Source: a virus
Lineage: Duplodnaviria; Caudoviricetes
DNA: 64,000 bases
IMG/VR virus record: IMGVR_UViG_3300049144_000095
Location: 128,001 to 192,000 of that record
Reading direction: 5' to 3' (one strand)
Below, piece by piece: positions 9,482 through 17,711 of the stretch. A program made the position numbers and the translations under genes. Numbering within the stretch: the stretch's first letter is position 1; each line of letters starts with the position of its first letter. The notes under the pieces were generated by a model. That model did not search any database. It had not been told where the DNA came from and saw only the letters and a program-made list of their open reading frames with translations.

Positions 9482-9738
9482 TCGGCGACAGCGTCGAACG
9501 CAGTGAGACCTACGCCTGGGCCCGGCGTCACGGCCTGCACGACCCGTACGACTTCGCGATCACCTACGAAGACACATGGGGCGCCAAGGAGGAGCTTGCC
9601 GAGTGCGCCCGCCGGTGGGAACGCAAGCACCTCATGGACCGCAAGCAGCGCATCGAGGAGGAGATGAAGGAGCTGCGCCGGAAGGCCGAGACCATCGAGA
9701 ACGGCCTGGAGCGCATCGAGACCTACGTGTACGACTAG
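9478..9738 (+). CDS. Hypothetical coiled-coil protein
   Basis: GTGA overlap. Confidence 0.7.
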   Translation: MIGDSVERSETYAWARRHGLHDPYDFAITYEDTWGAKEELAECARRWERKHLMDRKQRIEEEMKELRRKAETIENGLERIETYVYD

Positions 9739-9787
9739 CAGGCATCGGCGGTCCGCCGGTGAGCAGACGGAGAGGAGGAGTCGCGAC

Positions 9788-10039
9788 GTGAGCGTGAAGG
9801 GTCACAAGCCCACCGAGATGGGCCCCGAGATGCGGTGCATCTGGGATCACGAACCCTGGCCGTGCGGGACGGTGAAGCTGATCGCGGAGATCCGGCGGGG
9901 TATCGCCGCTGAGGTGCGGCCGACAACACCCGAGCCCAGAGGCTCCTGGCCTGGTGCTGAGATTCAGTACGAACGGTGGCAGACCCGCATGGACGTGGCC
10001 GAGGAGATCGAGGACGGGATCCCGGAGGGTCTGCGGTGA
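9788..10039 (+). CDS. Hypothetical protein
   Basis: RBS GGAGAGGAGG; C..D.EPWPC motif. Confidence 0.7.
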   Translation: MSVKGHKPTEMGPEMRCIWDHEPWPCGTVKLIAEIRRGIAAEVRPTTPEPRGSWPGAEIQYERWQTRMDVAEEIEDGIPEGLR

Positions 10040-10434
10040 GCAAGTACACGGACGAACTTGAGACAGCCTTCGGCATCTTCAATGTCTCCCGGCTTGCACG
10101 CCGCTACCGGTGCCCGGTGATCACGTTCGAGACCCAGCATGCTCACGCGCTGGGCTGGAGTGACCACCGGGCGGCGGTCAGCTACCCCAGGGACGGCGAA
10201 CGGCAGATCAGGACGCTCCGCATCCGGCAGGGCATCAGAGGTCTGGCGGAGAGCCGGGCCGCGCACCTGGAGGCCGCCATCAAGGTGGCCGCCGAGGAAG
10301 GGCTGGGCGTGGAGGAGTGGGTTCCCTCGGGGTTCCCGAACGCCTGGATCCCGGCGGACGTGAAGGCCCGGATCAAGGCCGAGCTGAAGGGGTGGCGCCA
10401 GCAACGGCCCAAGACGGAGAGCGAGAAGAACTGA
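10036..10434 (+). CDS. Hypothetical protein
   Basis: GTGA overlap. Confidence 0.75.
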   Translation: MSKYTDELETAFGIFNVSRLARRYRCPVITFETQHAHALGWSDHRAAVSYPRDGERQIRTLRIRQGIRGLAESRAAHLEAAIKVAAEEGLGVEEWVPSGFPNAWIPADVKARIKAELKGWRQQRPKTESEKN

Positions 10435-10814
10435 TGTTCAAGGACTGTACGGCGGCCGAACTGGCTGACCTGCTGGAGACGGCGGCGAAGGAGCCGAAGT
10501 ACACGGGCGGCTTGTCCATGCTGGACGAGGCGACGATGGCCTTCGGTCGCTTCTCCCCCGAGATCGCCTCAGCTCATCAGCGGTTCGCCGAGGCGCGTCT
10601 CAACCACCTGCACCGTCATCGCGCGCCCGACCCCGAGGTGCTGGAGGAGAAGGTCGTGGGCGCCGCCAGGGGGTTGGCGGTCCTGCTGCGTCCCCTTGGG
10701 GATGTGCGCGTGGCGCGCTGCAAGCGGCAGGCCGGGTGGGGCACCTGCGGCCTGCCGCTCGACGACGACGGCACGTGCCGGTCTTCCCTGGGGCATGCGG
10801 ACGAAGGGGCCTGA
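10434..10814 (+). CDS. Hypothetical protein
   Basis: TGATG coupling. Confidence 0.7.
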   Translation: MFKDCTAAELADLLETAAKEPKYTGGLSMLDEATMAFGRFSPEIASAHQRFAEARLNHLHRHRAPDPEVLEEKVVGAARGLAVLLRPLGDVRVARCKRQAGWGTCGLPLDDDGTCRSSLGHADEGA

Positions 10815-10816
10815 GG

Positions 10817-11128
10817 ATGGAACGGCCCGGCATGGCCACGGTGGAGCGGTGGCTGAGGCACACCTCCCTCCAGTCACAGGGTGAGACGGTCTATCAGATC
10901 GCCAGCGAGCTGCGCGGGGAAGTCAACGGGCTGTGGGCGGCCATGAACGGCGCCGTCACGGCCCGGCCCGGCAAGAAGGAGCAGGCCCGCCGGGAGGCGG
11001 TCATCCTCGGCATGAAGCGGGCCCTGATGGTGGCTCTCGGAATGCCTCCGGGGCCCGTGGACGTCGTGGACACGTTCCTGGAGGAGTTCAAACAGGAACG
11101 CCTGGAGGCTCGTCGCAAGAACCTCTGA
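10817..11128 (+). CDS. Hypothetical protein
   Basis: Follows upstream stop by 2 nt. Confidence 0.7.
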   Translation: MERPGMATVERWLRHTSLQSQGETVYQIASELRGEVNGLWAAMNGAVTARPGKKEQARREAVILGMKRALMVALGMPPGPVDVVDTFLEEFKQERLEARRKNL

Positions 11129-11163
11129 GCAAGCGAACACACCGGAAAGAGAGAAGGAAACGC

Positions 11164-11238
11164 ATGGACCGCGCCATCGACGCCATCGTCACGGCCATCA
11201 TCCTCATCCTCACGAAGCGGGAAGAGCGACGCCGATAG
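11164..11238 (+). CDS. 24-aa hydrophobic peptide MDRAIDAIVTAIILILTKREERRR
   Basis: Strong RBS CGGAAAGAGAGAAGG; hydrophobic core, basic tail. Confidence 0.55.
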   Translation: MDRAIDAIVTAIILILTKREERRR

Positions 11239-11256
11239 GCATCACTCCGCCCCCGA

Positions 11257-11310
11257 GGCCGAAACCCCCGACAGGGGGTCGCGGAATGGGTGTCCCGCCT
11301 GACGATGGCC
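11257..11310 (+). ncRNA. Type II hammerhead ribozyme HH1; predicted cleavage after C11280
   Basis: GGCC-GAAA-C CCCC GACA GGGG G-UC-GCGG..CCGC-CUGACGA-U-GGCC: full core and three stems. Confidence 0.88.
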
Positions 11311-11338
11311 GTCAGCAAGCAACCGGCAAGGAGAAGAA

Positions 11339-11653
11339 GTGCAGCAGATCACTTTCGGCACGAGTCACCGCCTGAGCGTCTACGCCCTGGGGGACACCAC
11401 CCGTATGAACGTCGAGCGTGCGCTGCGCGTACGCGGTCACGCCAACGTGTCCGTCACGGACGTCGCGGACGACGCCGCCTGGGAGGGGGAGAGCCGCCTG
11501 CGTCTCGTGAGCGGCGCCTACAACGGAGTCGATCCGCACACCGCTCTGTACCTGGTGGCCGACGATCAGACGGAGGCGGCAGTCGCGGAGGCCCTGCATC
11601 TGCTGAAGCCGGACGCCGTCCTCAACAGCCAGTGGATCACTCGGCCCGAGTAG
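11339..11653 (+). CDS. Hypothetical protein downstream of HH1
   Basis: GTG after AAGGAGAAGAA. Confidence 0.75.
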   Translation: MQQITFGTSHRLSVYALGDTTRMNVERALRVRGHANVSVTDVADDAAWEGESRLRLVSGAYNGVDPHTALYLVADDQTEAAVAEALHLLKPDAVLNSQWITRPE

Positions 11654-11759
11654 GCCACTCTCTCGGGAGGGTGCGATCCAGGTGGCGACGACGGCAGTTC
11701 GATTCGCCTCTCGCGACTGATTCCCCCTTGACGGGATGCGATCAATACATCACTCCTTG

Positions 11760-11776
11760 TACGATGGCCTAGGCCA
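11760..11776 (+). promoter_or_regulatory. -10 TACGAT plus TGGCCTAGGCCA palindrome
   Basis: Copy 2, perfect 12-bp palindrome. Confidence 0.72.
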
Positions 11777-11803
11777 CACGGTCATCGGAGAGGAGAGAGA
11801 AAC

Positions 11804-11926
11804 GTGATCGCCGATTTACTGCGCCCGCACGGCTGCTACATCGCCGACATCGAGCAGGGCGGGCAGAGGATGACCATCGTTCACCGCTGCGGAAGCAGCG
11901 ACTGCCCGACCAATCAGGGCGGATGA
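11804..11926 (+). CDS. 40-aa small protein with TTA codon (not in ORF track)
   Basis: RBS GGAGAGGAGAGAG; GTG ATC GCC GAT TTA; H..C and HRCGSSDC motifs. Confidence 0.55.
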   Translation: MIADLLRPHGCYIADIEQGGQRMTIVHRCGSSDCPTNQGG

Positions 11927-11930
11927 ACAC

Positions 11931-11961
11931 GAGGGGCCCTGGTTGCAACCCAGGGCCCCTC
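11931..11961 (+). terminator. GC-rich hairpin, probable terminator
   Basis: GAGGGGCCCTGG/CCAGGGCCCCTC 12-bp stem. Confidence 0.65.
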
Positions 11962-11966
11962 ACCCG

Positions 11967-11983
11967 TATCGTGACCTAGGCCA
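11967..11983 (+). promoter_or_regulatory. -10 TATCGT plus TGACCTAGGCCA
   Basis: Copy 3. Confidence 0.7.
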
Positions 11984-12000
11984 CTCGGAAAGGGGAGGCA

Positions 12001-12405
12001 ATGAGCTTGAGCATGAGCCCAGCCAGAACGCTGAGCATGGACGTACTGGCCAGCAACGGAGAGGCGCTGCGGATCACCGTGCACCGCACCGGCGCAGGCC
12101 ACGTCGAACTGAACAACCTGCTGGAAGTTGCCGAGGTGCTGCGTGACGGAGGCCTCGCCCCCGTGGGCGCGTACAGCGTGCGCGGCTTCCTGTCGCTGGC
12201 CGACGACGACAGCGTGACCATCCTGGACGCCGAGAGTGGTCTGGCCATCCCGAGGCAGTGGACGATCGCGGTCGGCGACTGGCTCCAGATGCTCGCCGAG
12301 GATCTGACGGACGGTCCAGACGGGGCCCCCTCGGTTCAAGTCCACAACGAGGCCTACGGCAACGACCCGGCGATGTGGGCCAGCGGGAAGCTGTCGTCGC
12401 AATAA
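12001..12405 (+). CDS. Hypothetical protein
   Basis: RBS CGGAAAGGGGAGG. Confidence 0.75.
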   Translation: MSLSMSPARTLSMDVLASNGEALRITVHRTGAGHVELNNLLEVAEVLRDGGLAPVGAYSVRGFLSLADDDSVTILDAESGLAIPRQWTIAVGDWLQMLAEDLTDGPDGAPSVQVHNEAYGNDPAMWASGKLSSQ

Positions 12406-12485
12406 GGACGGGGCGACCACCGGATGCCGACCTCATTGTCACTGGGGCGTGGCAGCATCAGCGACTGAACAGAAAGGAGGGGAGG

Positions 12486-12815
12486 GTGACCGTGGTAACG
12501 CCGGACGATTACCTGGGGCCGAGGATCGAGGGCGTGGTCCAATTCCAGGACGGCAAGAGCTACATGGTGAGCGCCAGGCCCCGGAAGGATGTCGGCTTCA
12601 CCGACGGATCGATGATCGGCTTCCGGCCGGTCGGGAAGCGCGGCAGTTCGTGCCTCCAGGTTGGCCTGCTGCGCTGGCTCGTGAGAAACGTGGACGAGCC
12701 GGGCGGGTCACTTGAAGGTCTCGGCCTGCTTTCTACGCTGACCAAGGCCGACGCTGGGACGCTTCTGGCATGGCTGGACGCGCAGGACGGAACGAATGGG
12801 GAGGGTGGTTCATGA
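12486..12815 (+). CDS. Hypothetical protein
   Basis: GTG after GAAAGGAGGGGAGG. Confidence 0.7.
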   Translation: MTVVTPDDYLGPRIEGVVQFQDGKSYMVSARPRKDVGFTDGSMIGFRPVGKRGSSCLQVGLLRWLVRNVDEPGGSLEGLGLLSTLTKADAGTLLAWLDAQDGTNGEGGS

Positions 12816-13021
12816 GGTACTTCGAGGTGCACTACGAGGCCCCGGGGGGCGCTCAGTACTACCGGCAGGGCGGTCAGGAGAACCTGGGGTCCACCCTCGG
12901 ATACCAGCGCGCCGAGTCCCTGTACGAGGACGACAGGGGCGTGACCATCACCTTCGATCAGGGCGCTACCATCCAGATCCCCCGCCACCGCCTGATCATG
13001 GTCGTGAAGGGGTCGGCGTGA
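12812..13021 (+). CDS. Hypothetical protein
   Basis: ATGA overlap. Confidence 0.7.
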   Translation: MRYFEVHYEAPGGAQYYRQGGQENLGSTLGYQRAESLYEDDRGVTITFDQGATIQIPRHRLIMVVKGSA

Positions 13022-13464
13022 CCTTCCATCATGCGACCGGCAACCTCCTCGACTCCCACTGCACCGGCCTGGTGAACCCCGTGAACTGTGTGGGGGTCGC
13101 CGGGGCCGGACTGGCGAGGCAGTTCAGGGATCGCTGGCCGGTGCAGGTGGCCGAGTACACGAAGTTCTGCCGGGACGGGAAGATGCGGCCGGGCGTCATT
13201 CACGAGGCGCTGCTGCCGACCGGCCAGACCATCCTCAGCGTGCCGACGAAGCGGCACTTCCGGGACCAGTCCCGGCTGGACGATGTCCGGCTCGGGGTGC
13301 GGGCGCTCGCCGAGTGGCTGCGGCGGAGCCCGGTCACGATCGCCATCCCGCCCCTGGGGTGCGGGCTGGGCGGACTACCGAAGGCGGAAGTCCTGGCACT
13401 GATCGAAGAGGAGCTGGGCGAAGCCGAAGTGGACATCTGGTTGTACGACTTCAACGCCATGTGA
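13018..13464 (+). CDS. Macro domain protein (Poa1p/DarG-like ADP-ribose hydrolase)
   Basis: GNLL..NPVNCVGVAGAGLARQF..PTK.H..IAIPPLGCGLGGL macrodomain motifs. Confidence 0.9.
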   Translation: MTFHHATGNLLDSHCTGLVNPVNCVGVAGAGLARQFRDRWPVQVAEYTKFCRDGKMRPGVIHEALLPTGQTILSVPTKRHFRDQSRLDDVRLGVRALAEWLRRSPVTIAIPPLGCGLGGLPKAEVLALIEEELGEAEVDIWLYDFNAM

Positions 13465-13481
13465 TCGAAAGGAGGAGGACT

Positions 13482-13808
13482 GTGAGCGAACCCATCAGCG
13501 CCCGGGACCGGCTTCACATCAAGCGCTGCCAAGGCAAGTGCTACATCGATTCGGACCAACCGGACGCAGACTGCCGGAACCTGGACTGGTACCTCGATCG
13601 AATCGAGGAGCAGGCCCTGTACCTGGCGGCAGGGCAGGTGCTCAAACTCCGCCAGAAGGTGGCACGTGAACACGGGGCCGAAGCCGCTCACGGGCTGGTG
13701 CTGGCTGTCAATGCGGTCAGTCCGTACACCCGTCGCACGGACGGCCATCTGATCCGCAAGTCGGACGAGCTGCTGGTCCCCCGGTTCCCCGGGGACGGGG
13801 TGGACTAG
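13482..13808 (+). CDS. Hypothetical protein
   Basis: RBS GAAAGGAGGAGG. Confidence 0.7.
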   Translation: MSEPISARDRLHIKRCQGKCYIDSDQPDADCRNLDWYLDRIEEQALYLAAGQVLKLRQKVAREHGAEAAHGLVLAVNAVSPYTRRTDGHLIRKSDELLVPRFPGDGVD

Positions 13809-14092
13809 TGGACGGACAGCGTGCCTACATCACCTTCGACTCGGACAGTACGCTGCGGGTGACCGTCCACGAGGGCTGCGCTCTCTACATGGACGGGACC
13901 CCCGTCCCAGGTATGTCCTGGTCGTTTCCGCTGGCCAGCGACGAGTGCGACCACCTCTTCGGCGCACAGCCCGACCAGCCATTCGCGGACGCGGACCGCC
14001 TCCTGGCCGACCACGGGTGGAACCGTGACGGCACCTGGGTCATGGGGGGCAGCACCTCGGGAACCTATGCACGGGTCACTCGTGCACACTGA
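13808..14092 (+). CDS. Hypothetical protein
   Basis: TAGTG coupling. Confidence 0.7.
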   Translation: MDGQRAYITFDSDSTLRVTVHEGCALYMDGTPVPGMSWSFPLASDECDHLFGAQPDQPFADADRLLADHGWNRDGTWVMGGSTSGTYARVTRAH

Positions 14093-14121
14093 CACACAAG
14101 CCACTCGGAAAGGGTGAAGAG

Positions 14122-14448
14122 ATGCAGTTGATGAAGAGCAAGCCGACTTTGAAGGATGTGGACGGCCGGGTGCCCGGCCGGGTCCAGCTCGTCTCCATCA
14201 GACTGGACGAGGACGACCCGAAGCAGATGTGCACGTTCTTCGAGGAGGAGTCCGGCAAGAGGGACCCCTACCTGCGGGCCGAAGGGCTCATGCGGAGCCT
14301 GGAGGACGACTGGCCGGAGCACGAGTGGGCCATGATCGGCAACTGGCGGGCCCGCTACCTCCTCTGGGCCTGGAACATGGAGAACATGGGGCTCGACTTC
14401 GGAGAGGATGCCCTGTCGCCGCAGGCATACCTCGACACCTTCGAGTAA
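14122..14448 (+). CDS. Hypothetical protein
   Basis: RBS CGGAAAGGGTGAAG. Confidence 0.75.
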   Translation: MQLMKSKPTLKDVDGRVPGRVQLVSIRLDEDDPKQMCTFFEEESGKRDPYLRAEGLMRSLEDDWPEHEWAMIGNWRARYLLWAWNMENMGLDFGEDALSPQAYLDTFE

Positions 14449-14473
14449 CCCGACCTCGAAAACGGAGAAAACC

Positions 14474-14809
14474 ATGAAGCCAGCCCCTCTGGACTACGAC
14501 ACGGACGCCGACAACTTCCTCAAGGCAGTGTTCACGGTGCCGCCCTGGGAGGCGGATGTGACCAACCCCAGTGTGCCCGGCGGGCCTACGGTGCGGCCGG
14601 AGCATGTCGTGATCCTCTTCCGGCTGGGCAAGGACCGCCGCTGGTACCCCGACATCATCAACGTGGTGGGGCCCAAGATCACCGGCCCCGGCAAGCGGAC
14701 CAAGCGGCACTACGAGGTGCCCTTCACGAACGTCGCCGAAGGTGACTCGGGTGCGCCGGACTACGCGGTCGCCGAGGCTGAGGCCCTGGCTGCGAAGCTC
14801 AACGCCTGA
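14474..14809 (+). CDS. Hypothetical protein
   Basis: RBS CGGAGAAA. Confidence 0.75.
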   Translation: MKPAPLDYDTDADNFLKAVFTVPPWEADVTNPSVPGGPTVRPEHVVILFRLGKDRRWYPDIINVVGPKITGPGKRTKRHYEVPFTNVAEGDSGAPDYAVAEAEALAAKLNA

Positions 14810-14880
14810 GGTGCTTCAGTGTGGGCCCGGCTACGGCCGGGCTCTCGCTGTGGAATCTCACGGAAAGGGAGAATAAACGC

Positions 14881-15219
14881 ATGATCGTGGTTTCACCCGG
14901 CATAAAGTTGCGAATCAAAGACAGGTCCAGCTTCGCCACGCAGACTCTCGTCACCCTCTCGTCCCTCATGCTGAAGTACGACGAGGAGATCACGGACGCC
15001 GCGTACAGCGATCGTCTGGCGCATAACGGCCTGGCGGTGTGGCTCCGCGTGGAGCCGATGGTCCTCAGCTCACGGCGCCTGCCGCAGGCCGTGGAGGTTG
15101 AGATCGGCTACGGAGACGAGATCCTGATCGAGGTCGGCCGCAAGGAGGAGCGCGGCGCCTGGCTGGTGGCCCCACCTCTGGTCGGAGACGCCTGCCGTCT
15201 CGTACGCAGGGAGAGCTGA
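14881..15219 (+). CDS. Hypothetical protein
   Basis: RBS CGGAAAGGGAGAA. Confidence 0.7.
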   Translation: MIVVSPGIKLRIKDRSSFATQTLVTLSSLMLKYDEEITDAAYSDRLAHNGLAVWLRVEPMVLSSRRLPQAVEVEIGYGDEILIEVGRKEERGAWLVAPPLVGDACRLVRRES

Positions 15220-15221
15220 CG

Positions 15222-15470
15222 GTGGCCGCACTCGACGGTTTCCCGCTTCCCACCACGGCTCGGCACGACAAGGACGGCAACCACGTTCCGCCCTTCATTG
15301 CGGAGTGGCGGGCCGCCGCCGACCCGACGTCACCCGCATACGACCCGGACCGTGCGGCGTCCGGCCGGGAGGTGGAGCGGGATCAGCAGCAGAAGGCGCT
15401 GTTCCATGCCCACCTGGAAGAGCACCGGCGCCGGGGTGAACCGGATGTCACGATGGAAGACAAGTACTGA
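15222..15470 (+). CDS. Hypothetical protein
   Basis: Follows upstream stop by 2 nt. Confidence 0.7.
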   Translation: MAALDGFPLPTTARHDKDGNHVPPFIAEWRAAADPTSPAYDPDRAASGREVERDQQQKALFHAHLEEHRRRGEPDVTMEDKY

Positions 15471-15487
15471 GGAAAGAGAGAAGAGAC

Positions 15488-15754
15488 ATGCACCGGAGCG
15501 AGATCAACGAGGACGTGAAGGTCGAGGACTGCGCGTTCGACCTGGATGGCGACTACGGCTACCGGCCGATCCTGCTCACCGCCATCGCGAGCGTGGACGG
15601 CAGCGACGTGGCTGTCCCGGTCGACCAGGACAGTCCGGAGGGGATGATCCTGGCCCTCACCGAGGAGCAGGGCATGCAGGCGCTGCTCCTGCTGGCCCGG
15701 CAGCTCGGCAAGGACAAGAGCCTGGAGGCCATCACGAAGGACGAGGAGGGGTGA
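15488..15754 (+). CDS. Hypothetical protein
   Basis: RBS GGAAAGAGAGAAGAG. Confidence 0.75.
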   Translation: MHRSEINEDVKVEDCAFDLDGDYGYRPILLTAIASVDGSDVAVPVDQDSPEGMILALTEEQGMQALLLLARQLGKDKSLEAITKDEEG

Positions 15755-16137
15755 AGGTGCTTCTCACATCCGCCAGCGAGATCCTTCAGAGTCCGACGAG
15801 GGTGGTTCCTGAGGTCGGCATGGCTGCTTCGGTCATCACGTTCACCGACCGGGAACCGGTCACGGTTGTCGAGGTCATCCCCTTCAAGTCCGGCCCCCTC
15901 AAGGGGCAGGCCCGGGAGGTCGTTGTCACGTATGACGACTGGAAGGTGGTGTCCGGCAGCGAGCACGACGGCTCGGCGGTCTACGAGTACACCTCGAATC
16001 CCGACGGCCATCAGCAGTCATTCGTCCTGAGTACGCGGGGGCGCCGGGTCGGGCACTGGCTCCAGAAGGGGACGGGCGGCATCGGATACTCCTTGGTGCT
16101 GGGCTACCGCGAGCGGTACCGGAATCCGCACTTCTGA
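15751..16137 (+). CDS. Hypothetical protein resembling a family common in large phages
   Basis: P.VG..A....TDR.P.TV...LG.RERYRNPHF pattern; GTGA overlap. Confidence 0.75.
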   Translation: MKVLLTSASEILQSPTRVVPEVGMAASVITFTDREPVTVVEVIPFKSGPLKGQAREVVVTYDDWKVVSGSEHDGSAVYEYTSNPDGHQQSFVLSTRGRRVGHWLQKGTGGIGYSLVLGYRERYRNPHF

Positions 16138-16165
16138 ACCCTTTCCGGCTGAGGCGACGTCACGC

Positions 16166-16182
16166 TACAATGGCCTAGGCCG
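16166..16182 (+). promoter_or_regulatory. -10 TACAAT plus TGGCCTAGGCCG
   Basis: Copy 4. Confidence 0.72.
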
Positions 16183-16213
16183 AAAGTAGTGCACGCTGGA
16201 AAGGGGAAGGTGA

Positions 16214-16306
16214 ATGGCCGAACAGAAGACCGAGGCGGGTCTGCCCAGGCGGGAACCGGGTGCGACCAACCCCCCGGCACCGGGGCCTCGTCCGCCGCAG
16301 GAGTAG
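16214..16306 (+). CDS. 30-aa small protein MAEQKTEAGLPRREPG... (not in ORF track)
   Basis: RBS GGAAAGGGGAAGG; first ORF after copy-4 promoter. Confidence 0.5.
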   Translation: MAEQKTEAGLPRREPGATNPPAPGPRPPQE

Positions 16307-16384
16307 TTCCGTACTGCTCTTGACCGTTCAACGAGAGGGCGTCGAAACTGGCGCCCTCTGTTCCATGTTCGGGAAAGGCTGGAA

Positions 16385-16690
16385 ATGACTCCCAGGGAAC
16401 TCTTTGCTGGCACAATTCCTGGCCCGTGCTGGGTGCATGGCAGCGACCTCGGGGTGGACGAGGACGGTGGCCTCTGGGTCCGGGCCACGGCGCACCTCAA
16501 GGAAGGCCTGGCATCCCGGGTGCACCCGCTCGGGGAGAGAATCACCATGAAAGACTTCCGGGAGTACTCCATACTCACTCCCGAGGGGCAGACCATCCTG
16601 GATCCTCGTCACCGAACTGAACCACTCTGGCGGCGAGTTCAGGAGTTGAGCGCCGAATCGATCGGCAGCGACTGGATCGCCGTCCACTGA
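16385..16690 (+). CDS. Hypothetical protein
   Basis: RBS GGAAAGG. Confidence 0.7.
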   Translation: MTPRELFAGTIPGPCWVHGSDLGVDEDGGLWVRATAHLKEGLASRVHPLGERITMKDFREYSILTPEGQTILDPRHRTEPLWRRVQELSAESIGSDWIAVH

Positions 16691-16716
16691 CGGCACACGG
16701 AAAGAGAGAAGAGACG

Positions 16717-17136
16717 ATGGAGCCGTTCGAGTACCGGAATCGGTTCGCCGACCGCTTCGCCGAGAGGGCCGCCGACAGCGACTACTCCCGCTACAGCCAG
16801 CTTCAGGACACCACTTCGGAGGACATCCGGGCGGCGGCCGAGGCCCTGTGGTGGAAGAAGTGGCGCAGCCCGGAGGACTACAGCGAGCAGGTCACGGAGG
16901 CGGACGTCATCGAGGCCCTGCTCGCCAAGGCCGAGTACTACAGCGACGACAACCACCTGGTCTCGGTCGTCTACGAGACCTACTGGGACATGACGGACAA
17001 GCTCGGCCTGCCGTCCGGCCTGCTCCAGCAGATGGAGAAGGCGTTGTCCCGGAAGTACCTCGACGAGAAGCGGGCCGAGGGCTTCGCGGTGGTCAACAAC
17101 GACCACGGCATCTGGCTGTACCGGTTCGAGGGCTGA
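16717..17136 (+). CDS. Hypothetical protein
   Basis: RBS CGGAAAGAGAGAAGAG. Confidence 0.8.
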   Translation: MEPFEYRNRFADRFAERAADSDYSRYSQLQDTTSEDIRAAAEALWWKKWRSPEDYSEQVTEADVIEALLAKAEYYSDDNHLVSVVYETYWDMTDKLGLPSGLLQQMEKALSRKYLDEKRAEGFAVVNNDHGIWLYRFEG

Positions 17137-17141
17137 CGACC

Positions 17142-17711
17142 ATGGAGATCATGGAGATCAACTGCGCCCGGAAGTGCAACGGATGCCAGCTCGGCAAGCA
17201 CGTCTGCGGTGGACGCGAGTGCGACGGCCAGGGCTGCTGCGCCTGCCAGGGTGAGACATCCCTCGCCATCCACAAGGATGCGGACGAAGGGGGCTGCCGC
17301 GACCCCCGCATGGAGAGCTGGAGCGGGTCGGCTCGCCTCGACTGGATCGCCGGTGGACGTCAGGTCGGGCAGGAGAGCCTGACCTTCACGGTCCACTGCA
17401 TGGAACAGCCACAGGAGCCGGGCCTGAAGCCCATCGACATGCGGCGCCTGGTGACCCTTCAGCTTGTGTGCGCGGAAGCACGGAAGCGTTACGGCGTGCC
17501 CCCTCGCTCGGTGCGTGTGGACGTGGAAATGGGGCTGGACGACTCCACCACCGAGCCGGTCCTGAGCCGCGCTCGCTGGCGGCTGGGTCAGGGCTTCTGC
17601 CACGGCATGGGAATCCTGGGCGTCGCCTCTCCCCCGCCGGGTGCCCGCCTGGCCGACATCCACGAGCAGCAGCACCCCTCGCCCGCGACTACCGAAGAGA
17701 GTTCGACATGA
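17142..17711 (+). CDS. Hypothetical protein with Cys-rich N-terminus
   Basis: CARKCNGC..HVCGGREC..CCAC cluster, possible Zn binding. Confidence 0.7.
   Translation: MEIMEINCARKCNGCQLGKHVCGGRECDGQGCCACQGETSLAIHKDADEGGCRDPRMESWSGSARLDWIAGGRQVGQESLTFTVHCMEQPQEPGLKPIDMRRLVTLQLVCAEARKRYGVPPRSVRVDVEMGLDDSTTEPVLSRARWRLGQGFCHGMGILGVASPPPGARLADIHEQQHPSPATTEESST

Noticed and set aside
11660-11716. tRNA-like remnant with GGCAG-TTCGATT-CGCC
   Set aside because: T stem incomplete, no D or anticodon arm, acceptor pairing poor.
16172-16190. AGGCCGAAAG similar to the hammerhead 5' strand
   Set aside because: Part of the CCTAGG promoter site; no stem III or CUGA core follows.
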